A DNA stretch of 64,000 nucleotides. Origin: Naegleria gruberi (lineage: Eukaryota). Shown here one piece after another: positions 1 to 11,513 of this stretch. The translations under genes were made by a program, and so were the position numbers. The notes under the pieces were generated by a model. The model did no database searches. It was given only the letters and a program-made list of their open reading frames with translations, and was not told the DNA's origin. The stretch is taken from the NCBI GenBank assembly GCA_000004985.1, contig GG738911.1. The stretch is one strand, 5' to 3'. Numbering within the stretch: position 1 is the stretch's first letter; every line of letters begins with the position of its first letter.

Positions 1-2
1 TG

Positions 3-3000
3 TTGGCCATTCCGATGGCTTTCATACTAACGAGTTTTGTGGATTGCGACCATGGCTATGGGCGGTCAAACTTACTAAGAGAAACAATCACGCTCTCTAC
101 TAATACTAACTCTCACTATGAAAACTTTCTATATCAGAATGGTGTAAAGAGTTCCAATTCTTCTATCAATCTAAATTCCTCACCTTCATCAACATTAACA
201 CTCAATAGATTTCCAGCTGAATCCATTGTGTGTTACACTCTTGGAAATACCATACTTGTAGCAGTGACACTTACTTTCTATTTGATTTTAATATTCTTGA
301 CCGTCCTTTCTTCCACACTGATACCGAACTCTCATCCACTTAGCTATGCTCCAATGATTGTTGACAATCCTATCTTTCTTCCATTATTTTTCGTTCTTCA
401 TTTGTTTGGTATTTTGATTCACTTTCTCATTCCACCTCATTTTTCCTTTATTAGATCAATAGTGCATGTGCTATTTTCATTGGTGGGAATATGGTTTGTA
501 AAGAGTAAGGTACCAATGATGAGGCGATTCGAGAATTCCATTGTTTCAGCTGTAGCCTTTGGTAAATTGGGATCTTCTATTGGAGGAATTGTTTGTTCTT
601 TAGCCAATAATTTACACGGTAATGAGTTAGGTGTTGGTCTTACTGGAATGACTATTGTACTAGTTTTAGTATTTGCCTTGATTGGATATGTTACAATGGA
701 GATTTATACGAGATATGTTATCAAGACGATAAAATCAAGATATTTAACTTTATTGGGAGAGGGTAGCTTGGAGAGAGAAGCTGGTGGCATTTTCCAACAA
801 TTGGAAGAACAAGAGAATGTTGAATTATTGGATTTGTATGGAAAGTTTGTAATGATGAGTAATGCTAAATCATTCAGACTTTACAGAAAGGAAATTGTAA
901 CCAGTACAGATTTACAAGAGCTCATTGGATTTATCAGAGGCATTTCAACACAAAAAACTGTACAACATGTGAATTTGTTGCTGACATCAGCAAGTTTGGT
1001 TGCTTATTTCATTCCAGACGAATCAAACTCGACTGTTTTTGCCAATGCCCTAATCAAGAGAGCCGTAAAGCAACATCCAAGTACCTATTTCAAATACAAG
1101 ATTGGCCAGAAAGCAAAGGAAGTTGAAGTTTATGCTTCGGAACAACTTCGAGGTGCAAAGAATATGATTGAACTTAAATCAATTTTGAGAAATATTGAAA
1201 AACAAACTACAGAGCTTACCTCTCTTCATAGACACTACTTTAAAGAACTAATGCAAGGTATGTTATTGGTATATTTAATAATTACTAAATTACTTCTTAA
1301 AGAAATGATAAATTACAAAAAGGTAGAACAAATTCTTCATAGAGCAGCCGTTTTAACAGGGAGCTTGGATAGTATCTTTGATAATATTTTAAGATTATAT
1401 TATAATGACAAAACTGTTTTAAGAACATATGCTTCATATATGGAGTCTTTTAAATTCAATAGAGAAATAGCTCAAGAATATTATGGTGAAGCAATGATGC
1501 TGGAAGATGAAGAGTCTCAGGCAGTTAGAAAGCCACCAACCTATATCACAGCTTTGAAAAAGAGATCTAATACTGTAACTTCATTATCAGAATCAATTGT
1601 TGATACTGATAATTCGAGAAGAAAGATGTTAAACTCGGTAGCTTTCAATAACATTGTAAACGAGCTCAGCGAACCATCTGTGGCTAGTATTGAAAACTTT
1701 GAGGGTATAGAAAATCAAAACGAAGCTAAAAGAGAGCTGGTTTACAGAACAGCATTAGAAAGTCACGGTTCTAGAGCCATGCCATTGATATTTTTCAGTG
1801 TGTTTATCCTTTTTTCGCTTGCTTTGATAGCTGTCGGTTTGGGTGTTGGTTATTCTTTCAGTTTAGCTGTCACTGAAAATGTGGTAAATGTTATTGATGC
1901 ATGTTCTCCAATAGCTTCCCTTACCAATCTTATTATTACCTTGAGAGGATTCCAGGCAACTCAAAATTTGTTGGATATGGGTGTTACTTTGCAACCAACA
2001 TTAACCAATAGAATTTATTCTGATATGACAAATACCAAATCTACTGTTAAAACTTTGGCTCAACTCTTGACAAATTTACAACAAAAAGCATATGACGCCA
2101 AGTTAACAGAATTGGTTTATTCTAGATATCATGAATATTATTATACTATTCTAATACCTTTGGCTTCAAATAGGTCAAGTATCTCAGAAAAGTTTTATTT
2201 CGCTACTACAGAACAGAATGTTACCATAACAGATATTAACAATGTTCTGCTCAAAATTACTACTCAATTATTGACAGCATCGAAAGAGGATTTGATGAAA
2301 ACAGTGTCCAGTTATGAGTACATGTATCTCTACAGAAATCAAGAAAAAATCACAAGAGCTTATTCTGATTTTTGTAAAATATTCATGATTTCAGCCAAAG
2401 ATGATGCAGTAACAATTAACACAATATTTACATATTACATTTCCTTTTCATTGAGTGTATATATAGTCTTTGGATTTATTTTCTTAATAATTCAATATAG
2501 ATATTTATCTGGTGTTAAGAAACAAATCAAACTAATGCAAGAAAATGTATCCAAGAATGAAATTGGTAAATTATTCCATGATTTGGGAAAGAAAGTAAGC
2601 GATGATACTCATTTGAGGGCTTCCAGGAATGCTTTATTGACACCAAAAAACTTGTTTTCTTTGTTTGGATTTTTAACCATTGTAATTGTTTCAATTTGTT
2701 GTGGTATTTACTTGAGTGAAACTTTAGGAAATTCTACATACAGTTTTGAATCATACGTTACCATGGAAGATGGTTTTGATGCCATGTCATACTTACAGCA
2801 TACCACATTTGCAATTTCAGAGGTATTTATTCATGCTGTGAATGCAAAGTTCAATGTCAGTGAGAGCAGTTATGCTCTTCTTGGGAATAGTGATATTGAA
2901 CTAATGGCCACTGGATTTACAACTACTGTGAAATCATTGAGATACTATTGGAATTTATGTATGTATGGATCGGCTGTAAAGGCCTATGAAACCCTTGTTG

Positions 3001-4788
3001 TGGGAATGTTTACTGAAACAGATGACATGATAAGAGGAGAGGTTAATTGTGATATCGAGGCTTCTTTAAAGACTTTTGAAAAAATCAAATCCTCTGGAAA
3101 TTCTACAACTTATTGTAAAATGGGTGTTGACTACATGGTACAAGATATTATTCTAAAATGTTCTAATTTGAAAGAGGATATCAAGACCTTACCGCAACTG
3201 AGCAATTTCAAATCTACTAGCTTGAATTTTTTCAATGAGTTTTATAGTATTGCCTATCTTACCAATGCAGTGTCTATGAAATTGATAGATTTCTCAAATG
3301 TTTTTGCTGTTAAATCCGCCACTCCAAGAACAGAACAAATGATTTCTTTAGCGATTATTGCCTTGATTTTGAGTTCCACCTTTTTCGGTATAATGTACTA
3401 TTCTATTGATACCTATTGGAAAGATTCTCATATTGCAAGATCATTATTTAACTATCTTTCAATTGATACATTGGAATCCAATGAAATAATTAAGAATTAC
3501 GTTCTCTATCACACCACAAATGATGGTATTAAGAGAAAGAAGAAGAGCACTGAAGAATCCAAAGTGAATGCCATTTTGAATGCTGCAGTTGATGGAGTTG
3601 TTGTTTGTGATGCTCAATTCTGGGTAAAGAGTTTCAACCCAGCTGCTTCCAGAATGTTTGGAGCTCAACAAGAAGAGTTTGTGAATAAGCCAATCTATTG
3701 TTTGATGACTCCTTGGTTCCATGACGATGTTCGTAAATTCCTGAATGCTTCCAAGAACAATACTAGTCTCAATGACGCCAAATCAGCATCATTTGAAGTG
3801 GATTGTGTCAGAACAAATCTTTCAACATTCTCAGCAAGAATTAACCTTTTCATTACCGTTTTTGATAAGAAACCAATTGTTACATGTTTCATTAAGGATA
3901 TTACTTCAGAGAAGAAGCACAACTCACTTCTTCAAGAAGAAAGAAAGCACTCTGAAGATCTCTTGCTTAACATTTTACCAAGTGCTGTTGCCACAAAATT
4001 GAAAGGAGGAGCCAGCTTGATTGCTGAGAAATTCCCAGATGTAACATGTTTCTTCTCTGATATGGTTGGATTTACGGCATTATCTTCTAAAATGGGTCCT
4101 AATGACCTAGTTCAAATGTTGAATACTATTGTTATTGGATTTGATGATTTAATGGATGTTTATCACCTTGAAAAGATTAAAACTATTGGTGATGCCTATT
4201 TCTGTGCAGGGTATGTTGTTTATATTAATTAATATATACTAATAATTATTCAGAGGTCTTCATGATTTGAATGCCCAATCTGATCACCCTGAGAGAACTT
4301 TGAGATTTGCTATTGATACATTTGGAGTTATTAGAAATTATAACTTGAAATTTAGAAGAAACAATTTGAAGGAACAAATTAACATTAGAATTGGTATTAA
4401 TACTGGGCCAGTTGTTGCTGGTGTCATTGGACGTAAGAAGTTTGCCTACGATTTGTGGGGTGACTCTATTAATACAGCCTCTAGAATGGAATCAAATTCC
4501 AAGCCAGGAAGAATTCAAGTTTCCAGATCTACTTATGAAAGAGTTTTTGATTTAGGACTTGTTTTTGAGGAAAGAAAAATTGAAGTGAAAGGAAAGGGAA
4601 TGTGTCAAACCTATTTGTTGGATGCTAAGCACCATACATCTGCTATAATTACAGAAGAGGATGTAAAAAACTCTGCTGATAAAGAAACCAAATCTGAGAT
4701 TGCTGCACACACCGCTCCAATTGATAATCACGAATTGGAGATTGAGTTAGTACCAAAAACACCAAAAGGTGAAGTTGAAAATCAATAA
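3..4788 (+). CDS. Multi-pass membrane PAS-domain class III adenylate/guanylate cyclase (5' partial at window edge; two exons, intron 4211..4253)
   Basis: The ORF is open from the window edge with many hydrophobic TM segments. A PAS-like segment (AILNAAVDGVVVCDAQFWVKSFNPAASRMFGAQQEEF) lies at ~nt 3560-3760. The cyclase catalytic core runs LLNILPSAVATKLKGG...FSDMVGFTALSS...IKTIGDAYFCAG; a GTATGT donor at 4211 and cag acceptor at 4253 join in phase to GLHDLNAQ...GINTGPVVAGVIGRKKFAYDLWGDSINTASRMES. Stop TAA 4786-4788, AATAAA just downstream. Confidence 0.8.
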
Positions 4789-4965
4789 ATTATTAGGATT
4801 TTATTTCTATTAGAATTAAAATACTAACCAATTGAAGAACAACCACTCTCATCATCGAATTTAACATTTACAATTTCAAAATTGATTAATGATTTTTATT
4901 AAATTGTGTCACCTCAAATTGCTTTAGTCTTTTTATGTCCTCTGCATCAAAATGAAATGCTTCGT

Positions 4966-6438
4966 CTACTTTTCTCTTCTNNNNNNNNNNNNNNNNNNNN
5001 NNNNNNNNNNNNNNNNNNNNNNNNNNNNNNNNNNNNNNNNNNNNNNNNNNNNNNNNNNNNNNNNNNNNNNNNNNNNNNNNNNNNNNNNNNNNNNNNNNNN
5101 NNNNNNNNNNNNNNNNNNNNNNNNNNNNNNNNNNNNNNNNNNNNNNNNNNNNNNNNNNNNNNNNNNNNNNNNNNNNNNNNNNNNNNNNNNNNNNNNNNNN
5201 NNNNNNNNNNNNNNNNNNNNNNNNNNNNNNNNNNNNNNNNNNNNNNNNNNNNNNNNNNNNNNNNNNNNNNNNNNNNNNNNNNNNNNNNNNNNNNNNNNNN
5301 NNNNNNNNNNNNNNNNNNNNNNNNNNNNNNNNNNNNNNNNNNNNNNNNNNNNNNNNNNNNNNNNNNNNNNNNNNNNNNNNNNNNNNNNNNNNNNNNNNNN
5401 NNNNNNNNNNNNNNNNNNNNNNNNNNNNNNNNNNNNNNNNNNNNNNNNNNATTGATAGAGGGATTCTTTGGTAATGTTCACATTTGTTTGAGGCGAATTG
5501 GATTGATTAGGAATATTATTAACATGTGATGTAAAATCTCCCAAAGGAACTTGTTTTTGTTGGAATAATTGTTGTGGATTATTTTGAGGGGATTGGTTGT
5601 AAACCATTTGATTCTGGTTCACCTTAAAGTTATCCATGTTCATTTGTTGAGATGGTTTTTGTGGAGAGAATGTTCCTTGATTGAAGAATTGAGTGTCTGG
5701 AGAATGTGAATGTTGCATCGAACCATTGGGTATGTTCTTGTCCATTGTTGCAGATTGGTAATTGGTATTATTTTGGCCATTACCGTTGGTGCTATTGTTA
5801 AGCATCATGTTCATGTTATTTCCATTAGATGGAACTTTTTGATTCATTTGATTCATCACTTGTGTTTGATTCATTCTTGTCGGAGATGCCATCATTTGAT
5901 TAAAGTTCTGTTGTTGTGGTTGCTTTTGGAGGAATGTATTATTTGGATTGTTATTACTGGTGTTTGCATTAGATCCTCCTCCATTATTTAAAGAGGTAGT
6001 AGGTAAGGTATTATGGAAATCAAAGGATTGATATTGTTGTTGCGGAGTTAACTCATCATTATATGATTGGAAGAGTCTATCATTTTCTAAATTAACCTTA
6101 TTCGAGACCGAGGCATGGATCATTTGTTGTTGATGAATGTTATTCATCATGTTTTGGGAAGCCTTTTGGTAGTGGTTTTGAGGAGAGTGGAGATTATTCA
6201 TTACGTTGTTAGAATTACTCGTATAGTTGTTGGTGTTATTCATGTTCGATAAATGGAGATTGTTATTAATATTGTTATTTGTATTATTATTGTTTTGGAG
6301 GTGATGATGATAGGAGGATGAAGAACCTTGTTGATGTTGTTGTTGAGACGTGTTATTGTTCGAGGAGGAGCTACTAAGGGATAATTGAGGTGGTAGTTTT
6401 AAGAGTGGATTATGATGACCTTGTTCCATCGAAGACAT
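4966..6438 (-). CDS. Q/N/S-rich low-complexity protein; 3' part lost in N gap
   Basis: Long minus-strand ORF from ATG at 6438 (MSSMEQGHHNPLLKLPP...), rich in poly-N, poly-Q and poly-S typical of this genome. It runs into the N gap at 5450, so the C-terminus is unknown. Confidence 0.45.
   Translation of the reverse strand: MSSMEQGHHNPLLKLPPQLSLSSSSSNNNTSQQQHQQGSSSSYHHHLQNNNNTNNNINNNLHLSNMNNTNNYTSNSNNVMNNLHSPQNHYQKASQNMMNNIHQQQMIHASVSNKVNLENDRLFQSYNDELTPQQQYQSFDFHNTLPTTSLNNGGGSNANTSNNNPNNTFLQKQPQQQNFNQMMASPTRMNQTQVMNQMNQKVPSNGNNMNMMLNNSTNGNGQNNTNYQSATMDKNIPNGSMQHSHSPDTQFFNQGTFSPQKPSQQMNMDNFKVNQNQMVYNQSPQNNPQQLFQQKQVPLGDFTSHVNNIPNQSNSPQTNVNITKESLYQXXXXXXXXXXXXXXXXXXXXXXXXXXXXXXXXXXXXXXXXXXXXXXXXXXXXXXXXXXXXXXXXXXXXXXXXXXXXXXXXXXXXXXXXXXXXXXXXXXXXXXXXXXXXXXXXXXXXXXXXXXXXXXXXXXXXXXXXXXXXXXXXXXXXXXXXXXXXXRREK
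4981..5450. other. Assembly gap (run of N, 470 nt)
   Basis: Contiguous n characters; ORF-track X runs across it are artefacts. Confidence 0.99.
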
Positions 6439-7803
6439 TTTATTTGAAAAAGGAGAGAAACTTGCAATTTCCTTGTGAGAGTTTATTATCTTTTAAAAGA
6501 GGCTGTTGGACCTCTGGCGAGTTTTAATGTGTTTTGGGGGATTTAAGCAAACTCTGAATAGAAATTTTTGGTCCTAAACATTGTATAAGGAACTCTCTTA
6601 GTGAAGATACTTTTTTAGCCAGGTACGTGCCTATAATAGACAGTTTCTTCACCCAAAAGGAGGCTTAAGTACATTGTTTACCGCTTGTATTCGGCGAAAA
6701 CAAAGGAACGATTTTGCTCACATTGATAAAAACAAACTCCTTGCCTTATTGATCAACATTTCAGCAAATAAATTTAAGAAGGTTCTATTAAGTATTTAAA
6801 GAAGGTTCTTTATTTCAATATCAATATTTTCATTCATGAGCATTTAACAACCTTCCTCCGTTCTTCTCCAATGATTATGAGGAGAAATAAATGCATCATA
6901 TCTCTATTTACAACAACGACCTTTTAGGATGACCTTAATTAGCAAGCTTAATAACAAACTAATGCAAAAAGTTCATCAATAGGTCGCCGTTGATCATAGT
7001 CTAAGCGTAAACTAACTCATATCATGTGTGTTAATCAGTTTTTGATTACATGAAGGCTCAGGAAAGTGAAACATAAACGTGGCCTTAATTGGAAGCTGTA
7101 CAATTGATAGATTATAAAGCACGTCATTTCTCCTTTGTTAATATCACCAAATGCATTCTCACAATATTCAATTTGAAAAACAACTCAATCTTCCGCTTCT
7201 CATCACCACCAACATATTATCAAGTAACCTTACACTTATCATATTGAGACAACTCTACCTTGATGAATTAACAATTATTCAAAGATTCGGCAGACAAGGA
7301 TACCAAATGGGGAAAGTCATGCGAATTTGCCGAACCTGAAAAAAGCGCGCTGGTCCAACACGTTGTGGTTTTTGTTTGGTGCTAAGAGGGTGGGGCCACA
7401 CAGAAGGACAGAGATGCCGCACTCTTTTCACTCATTTGGCATTGTGTGTACATAAAACAATTAAATTATTTACAACAATGTGCTTCTCAGCTGCTGGTAG
7501 TAGTACAGTGCTCGCCTTTGTTTAGATGCAGAATTTTCCTTTGAGAAAAAAATCACCACAACAAGACAAGGAAAAGCACCACTCTCTTTCCTTAGAATAA
7601 TTTTGATTAACTAACCAAATAGTAGTAACAATTCTCGGTTATATTGAACAAGATAACAACAACATCATCAATAGCACACTTTGTAAAATAGGCTCTTGAT
7701 CTCTAATATTCTCCATCATTCTCTCTATTAATAGCTTTAGTAATATTACTTCTCAAGGAGGAGAGAAAGAAATCAAAATCGAGTATATATACATTGAAAA
7801 AAC

Positions 7804-9000
7804 ATGAGACAATATCCTCTTGTTTGTGGCAACGTTAAATGCAAAACGAGTCAAACACCATTGTGGCGTAAAGGTTGGACCACAAAGGAAGGTAAACCAG
7901 TCATGTTATGTAATGCCTGTGGTTGTAAGTTATTATATACCAACGAATTGTCATCCTAATTATTACCCAAATATGATGACATGAAAAATTAAATATTTTC
8001 ATTGAACCAACCGAACAGTGCACTACAAGTATGTATTCAATCAATTTTAATTTACTGATCATCTATTATCATCATCAATAGGAAGGGACACTTTTGCATA
8101 TATTGCAATCAAATTTACAAGGAAAGTGATGCTGATGATAAAGAAGAACCATGGATTGGATGTGATAGTTGTCATCGTTGGGTTCATCAAAATTGTGAGC
8201 GTCAGAATGGATTTGAAATTAAACCAAATGGTTATCTGTGTCCTTGTTGCAGAAATCAACCAAGTAATGGATCGGTACCTTCAAACATTCCAGCTGCTGC
8301 ATTAACTGCTGCTGCTAACAAACATTATGAACCAATTCTTATGAAACCAGGTGCAGGATCCAGTAATAGTAAGGAAAATAAGAAGAGAAGAAGAAAACCA
8401 ACTCTTGAAACAAATTCAAAGAAGGTTAAACAAGAAATGAAACAACAATTAACAATTGATATTAACAATTCAAAATCTAATAGTAATCAAACATTATCTA
8501 GCCAAAATACTTCAAACCGATTATGTACACCAACAAGTGCTTTGAGTCTTTCTCCATCAACAACATTGGGACTCCCTAAAGCACCACAACCTTCTACAAG
8601 TACTTGTTATTTTGATAATCCAAAACAATTATATGATGTTGATTCCTATTATAAAGAGAATGAATCACAGTGCATTTCACCATCAACCAATTCAAAACTT
8701 TCCATGAGTAGTGATGACGAATATTCATATGAGAGCAATACTGAAGAGGAAGAAGAGGATGAATATGAATCCGACAATTCTCCACAAGCCTCCTTCATTT
8801 GTGGCGAAGATTTCATAGATAATCAACAAGAGTTTATCATTTGGGATCCTCTCAAAGATAAGAAGAGTTCTGTTGGAGTTTCTTTCGAGCAAGTTGAAAA
8901 CCTAATTAACAAGAACTTTGGTTATTCAACCTTGTTCACAAGAAAGATTCAATCACTCTCTGCAATTTGTGCTTACGAATTGTCCAATTTTGATAACTAA
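7804..9000 (+). CDS. Zinc-finger protein: GATA-like finger exon (7804..~7924) plus PHD-like C4HC3 cluster and acidic S/N-rich tail (8050..9000); exon junction unresolved
   Basis: ATG 7804 encodes MRQYPLVCGNVKCKTSQTPLWRKGWTTKEGKPVMLCNACG (TPLWR-type treble clef, non-canonical spacing), followed by GTAAGT at 7925. The downstream frame open from 8050 encodes YYCNQIYKESDADDKEEPWIGCDSCHRWVHQNCERQ...YLCPCC (C-x2-C-x4-H-x2-C...C-x2-C), then MKPGAGSS...DDEYSYESNTEEEEEDEYESD. The canonical donor gives an in-frame TGA at the only nearby acceptor, so the exact splice is uncertain. Confidence 0.45.
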
Positions 9001-9152
9001 GTTGCTCTCTAGGATTTCTCAATCTTATTGAAAACAAATATTCGAGTGTTTTCAATAACTCAATTTTGATTATTTCGGCAAATAAACAACAAAAATGTAA
9101 ATAACCGATTCAGTTTTAATATGTTGTTTAAAAAGTTTATTAGTTAAATAAT

Positions 9153-11342
9153 TTAAAAGTCTTCGTCATTTCTTGACAAAACAACGTCAGTAATTTGAAC
9201 TTCGTCGTCATCTTCTACACGATTAGCTGAAGAAGGTTTGGTAAAGTCACTCTTATCATTTGCATCCATTTCTTTAGCTGATGCACTCAGTTCAGGTTTT
9301 CTTTCTTCATTCTTGCCAGGCATTAAGAGGAATGACAGTGAGGCAAAATAGACATAAACAATTCCGTGTAATAAGAGGAAAGTCAATGATTGAACATCAG
9401 TTCTGAAACCATTGCCAGCAATTGTTAAACCAATGAAACAGGCAGCAACAATGAAACTGAAACTACCAACAACTCTAAATCTGGAAGAGTACTTGGCTTT
9501 GAGTTTACCAACAGCTCCCATAGCACGGAAAATATAATAAGCCAAATCAATACCCCACAAAACGAGGAAAACAATATTAGCGGCAAGTAAATAGGCATAA
9601 CCAGGAACTGATGAAATGTCAACTGAGGATGGATTGGCAACATTGTAAACTCTACTCCAAATCATCAAAATTAAGGTCAAAATGTAGCCAATACCAACAA
9701 TGATAATCTTGGTCAAATAAAAGTTCATAAATGTTCTATCTTGTGGTGCCTTGAATACAGAGTGGAAGAAGATCAAGAGATACAACAAGAATCCATAAAC
9801 AAATGTTACTGAGAGAATAATGTCAACAACTGGGAAACCTTCCCAACCTGTCCACATCATGGCTGGATATAATGGATCATGATACCAGAAGTGTAAGAAC
9901 AACAAGACAACTAACCACTTTTGGGCAGTGTGCCAATTTCTCAATTGTTGTGACCAGAAAGTAACGACAAGGAAAGCAATCCAATGCAAAATTGACAAAA
10001 CAGAGAAGGTCATTCTAAAGCCCAATTCGTACATGGAATATTGTGGATTGTTGGATTGCAAACTAGTCTCAATAGCATTTTCTAATAAGCCTGAACGGTA
10101 AACATTTTCCAAATTCAAAATTGTAAGATTCATCTTGTAATTAGAATATCTAATAACTCTAGAGTGGAAGAGAGTAATTGCTGAACAACCACCAGATTGA
10201 AGAATAGACAAATATCCAGTTTGAGCACAAATCAATTCGTGAGTAGATACAGAATCATCAACATTGTTGACCATTGTCCAATCTTCAGAATCAGAATTTC
10301 TACCATACATGTGAACTCGGACTTTAAGATCACTCTTTATGGCTGCTCCAAACAAGTCTTTCCCACCATTAACAGGATTTAATTTCAGAATATATTTAAA
10401 CTCCATAGCATAAATACTAATACTATCAAAGGTATCAATAATAGATCGTTTTCCTGTGAAAATTTCTTCCATATATGTTGGTGGTACGACAATTGTACCA
10501 TTATCAGGTGTAGTACCATTGTTAGGGGCAGGATTGATTGGATCTGTAGAATTGGTTGTGGAATTACTAGTTCCATTCGTGATGATGGTATCATTACCAA
10601 TAACAGTTCCATTATTGATAGTGTCATTACCAGAAGTGTAATTATTATTTGTGGTATTACTAATCACTGTACTATTATCAATGATCGTATCATTACCAGA
10701 GGTGTAATTACCAGATGTATCATTACCATAGGTATAATTACCAGTTGTGGTATTACTAATAGTTGTGTTATCCACAATAGTATCATTACCACTGATAATT
10801 GTGGAATTATCTGTTGATGTGTTGTTGTTGTTCATAGTAGAATTATCTGATGTAGTAGTATTGGTACTGTTATCTATGATGGTGTTATTAGAATAATCAG
10901 AAGTATTAGAATTAGTAGTACTATTATCAACAATGCTGCCATTATTAACTAGTGTACTATTATCACCACCAACAACAATATCTGTCCCATTTGTAGTAGT
11001 AGAATTGCCTCCATCAGTAGTAGTGTCTGTGGTGGTACTATTTGTCGAATTATCTTCCACTATTGTATTTTCTATAGTTAATTCCAAAACTTCATCACGA
11101 TCCTGTTCAGTAATAAATTTATAATCCTCTACAAGACTATTTGTGGTTGTAACAATGGTAGAACCATTACTACTATGCCTCCTTGTTACCGTAACAGAGG
11201 CTTCTGGGCTCGCAAACAGAGAAATAATAACAAATAATCCTACAATCAGCAAGACGAGCACTAAAATCAAGATGACACTCCATCGCGGAAGACAATCCAA
11301 TACAAATTCATACCGCTTGGAACGATCTCGGCGAAGATTCAT
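9153..11342 (-). CDS. 7TM membrane protein of the GPR107/GPR108 (lung seven-transmembrane receptor/GOST)-like type with N/T-rich mucin-like ectodomain
   Basis: 729-aa ORF with an N-terminal signal anchor (ILILVLVLLIVGLFVIISLF). A long ectodomain is full of NxT/NxS sequons with imperfect GNDTI(I/V)DNST(V/I)ISNTT repeats, followed by a C-terminal block of about 7 hydrophobic helices (WIAFLVVTFWSQQLRNWHTAQKWLVVLLFLHFWY...). The family call is by overall architecture only. Confidence 0.5.
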   Translation of the reverse strand: MNLRRDRSKRYEFVLDCLPRWSVILILVLVLLIVGLFVIISLFASPEASVTVTRRHSSNGSTIVTTTNSLVEDYKFITEQDRDEVLELTIENTIVEDNSTNSTTTDTTTDGGNSTTTNGTDIVVGGDNSTLVNNGSIVDNSTTNSNTSDYSNNTIIDNSTNTTTSDNSTMNNNNTSTDNSTIISGNDTIVDNTTISNTTTGNYTYGNDTSGNYTSGNDTIIDNSTVISNTTNNNYTSGNDTINNGTVIGNDTIITNGTSNSTTNSTDPINPAPNNGTTPDNGTIVVPPTYMEEIFTGKRSIIDTFDSISIYAMEFKYILKLNPVNGGKDLFGAAIKSDLKVRVHMYGRNSDSEDWTMVNNVDDSVSTHELICAQTGYLSILQSGGCSAITLFHSRVIRYSNYKMNLTILNLENVYRSGLLENAIETSLQSNNPQYSMYELGFRMTFSVLSILHWIAFLVVTFWSQQLRNWHTAQKWLVVLLFLHFWYHDPLYPAMMWTGWEGFPVVDIILSVTFVYGFLLYLLIFFHSVFKAPQDRTFMNFYLTKIIIVGIGYILTLILMIWSRVYNVANPSSVDISSVPGYAYLLAANIVFLVLWGIDLAYYIFRAMGAVGKLKAKYSSRFRVVGSFSFIVAACFIGLTIAGNGFRTDVQSLTFLLLHGIVYVYFASLSFLLMPGKNEERKPELSASAKEMDANDKSDFTKPSSANRVEDDDEVQITDVVLSRNDEDF

Positions 11343-11513
11343 TTTTTTTTTAATTTTAAATTTTCTGATTTTTTTTAATGGATGGCAAACAAAAATAGAA
11401 TTGACAACTAAAAAGGAGGTGGATGTGTGAAATTGGATGTGAAACTGCTTTTATTGGATTTCTAATTTAATTGAAGAAAGTAAATGGAATGTAAGTTGAA
11501 AAATTGATTGTTT

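Noticed and set aside
5710-5991. Plus-strand 93-aa ORF inside the Q/N-rich minus-strand gene
   Set aside because: Antisense frame of low-complexity sequence (His/Cys/Leu-rich from CAA/AAC/TTG complements); no independent support.
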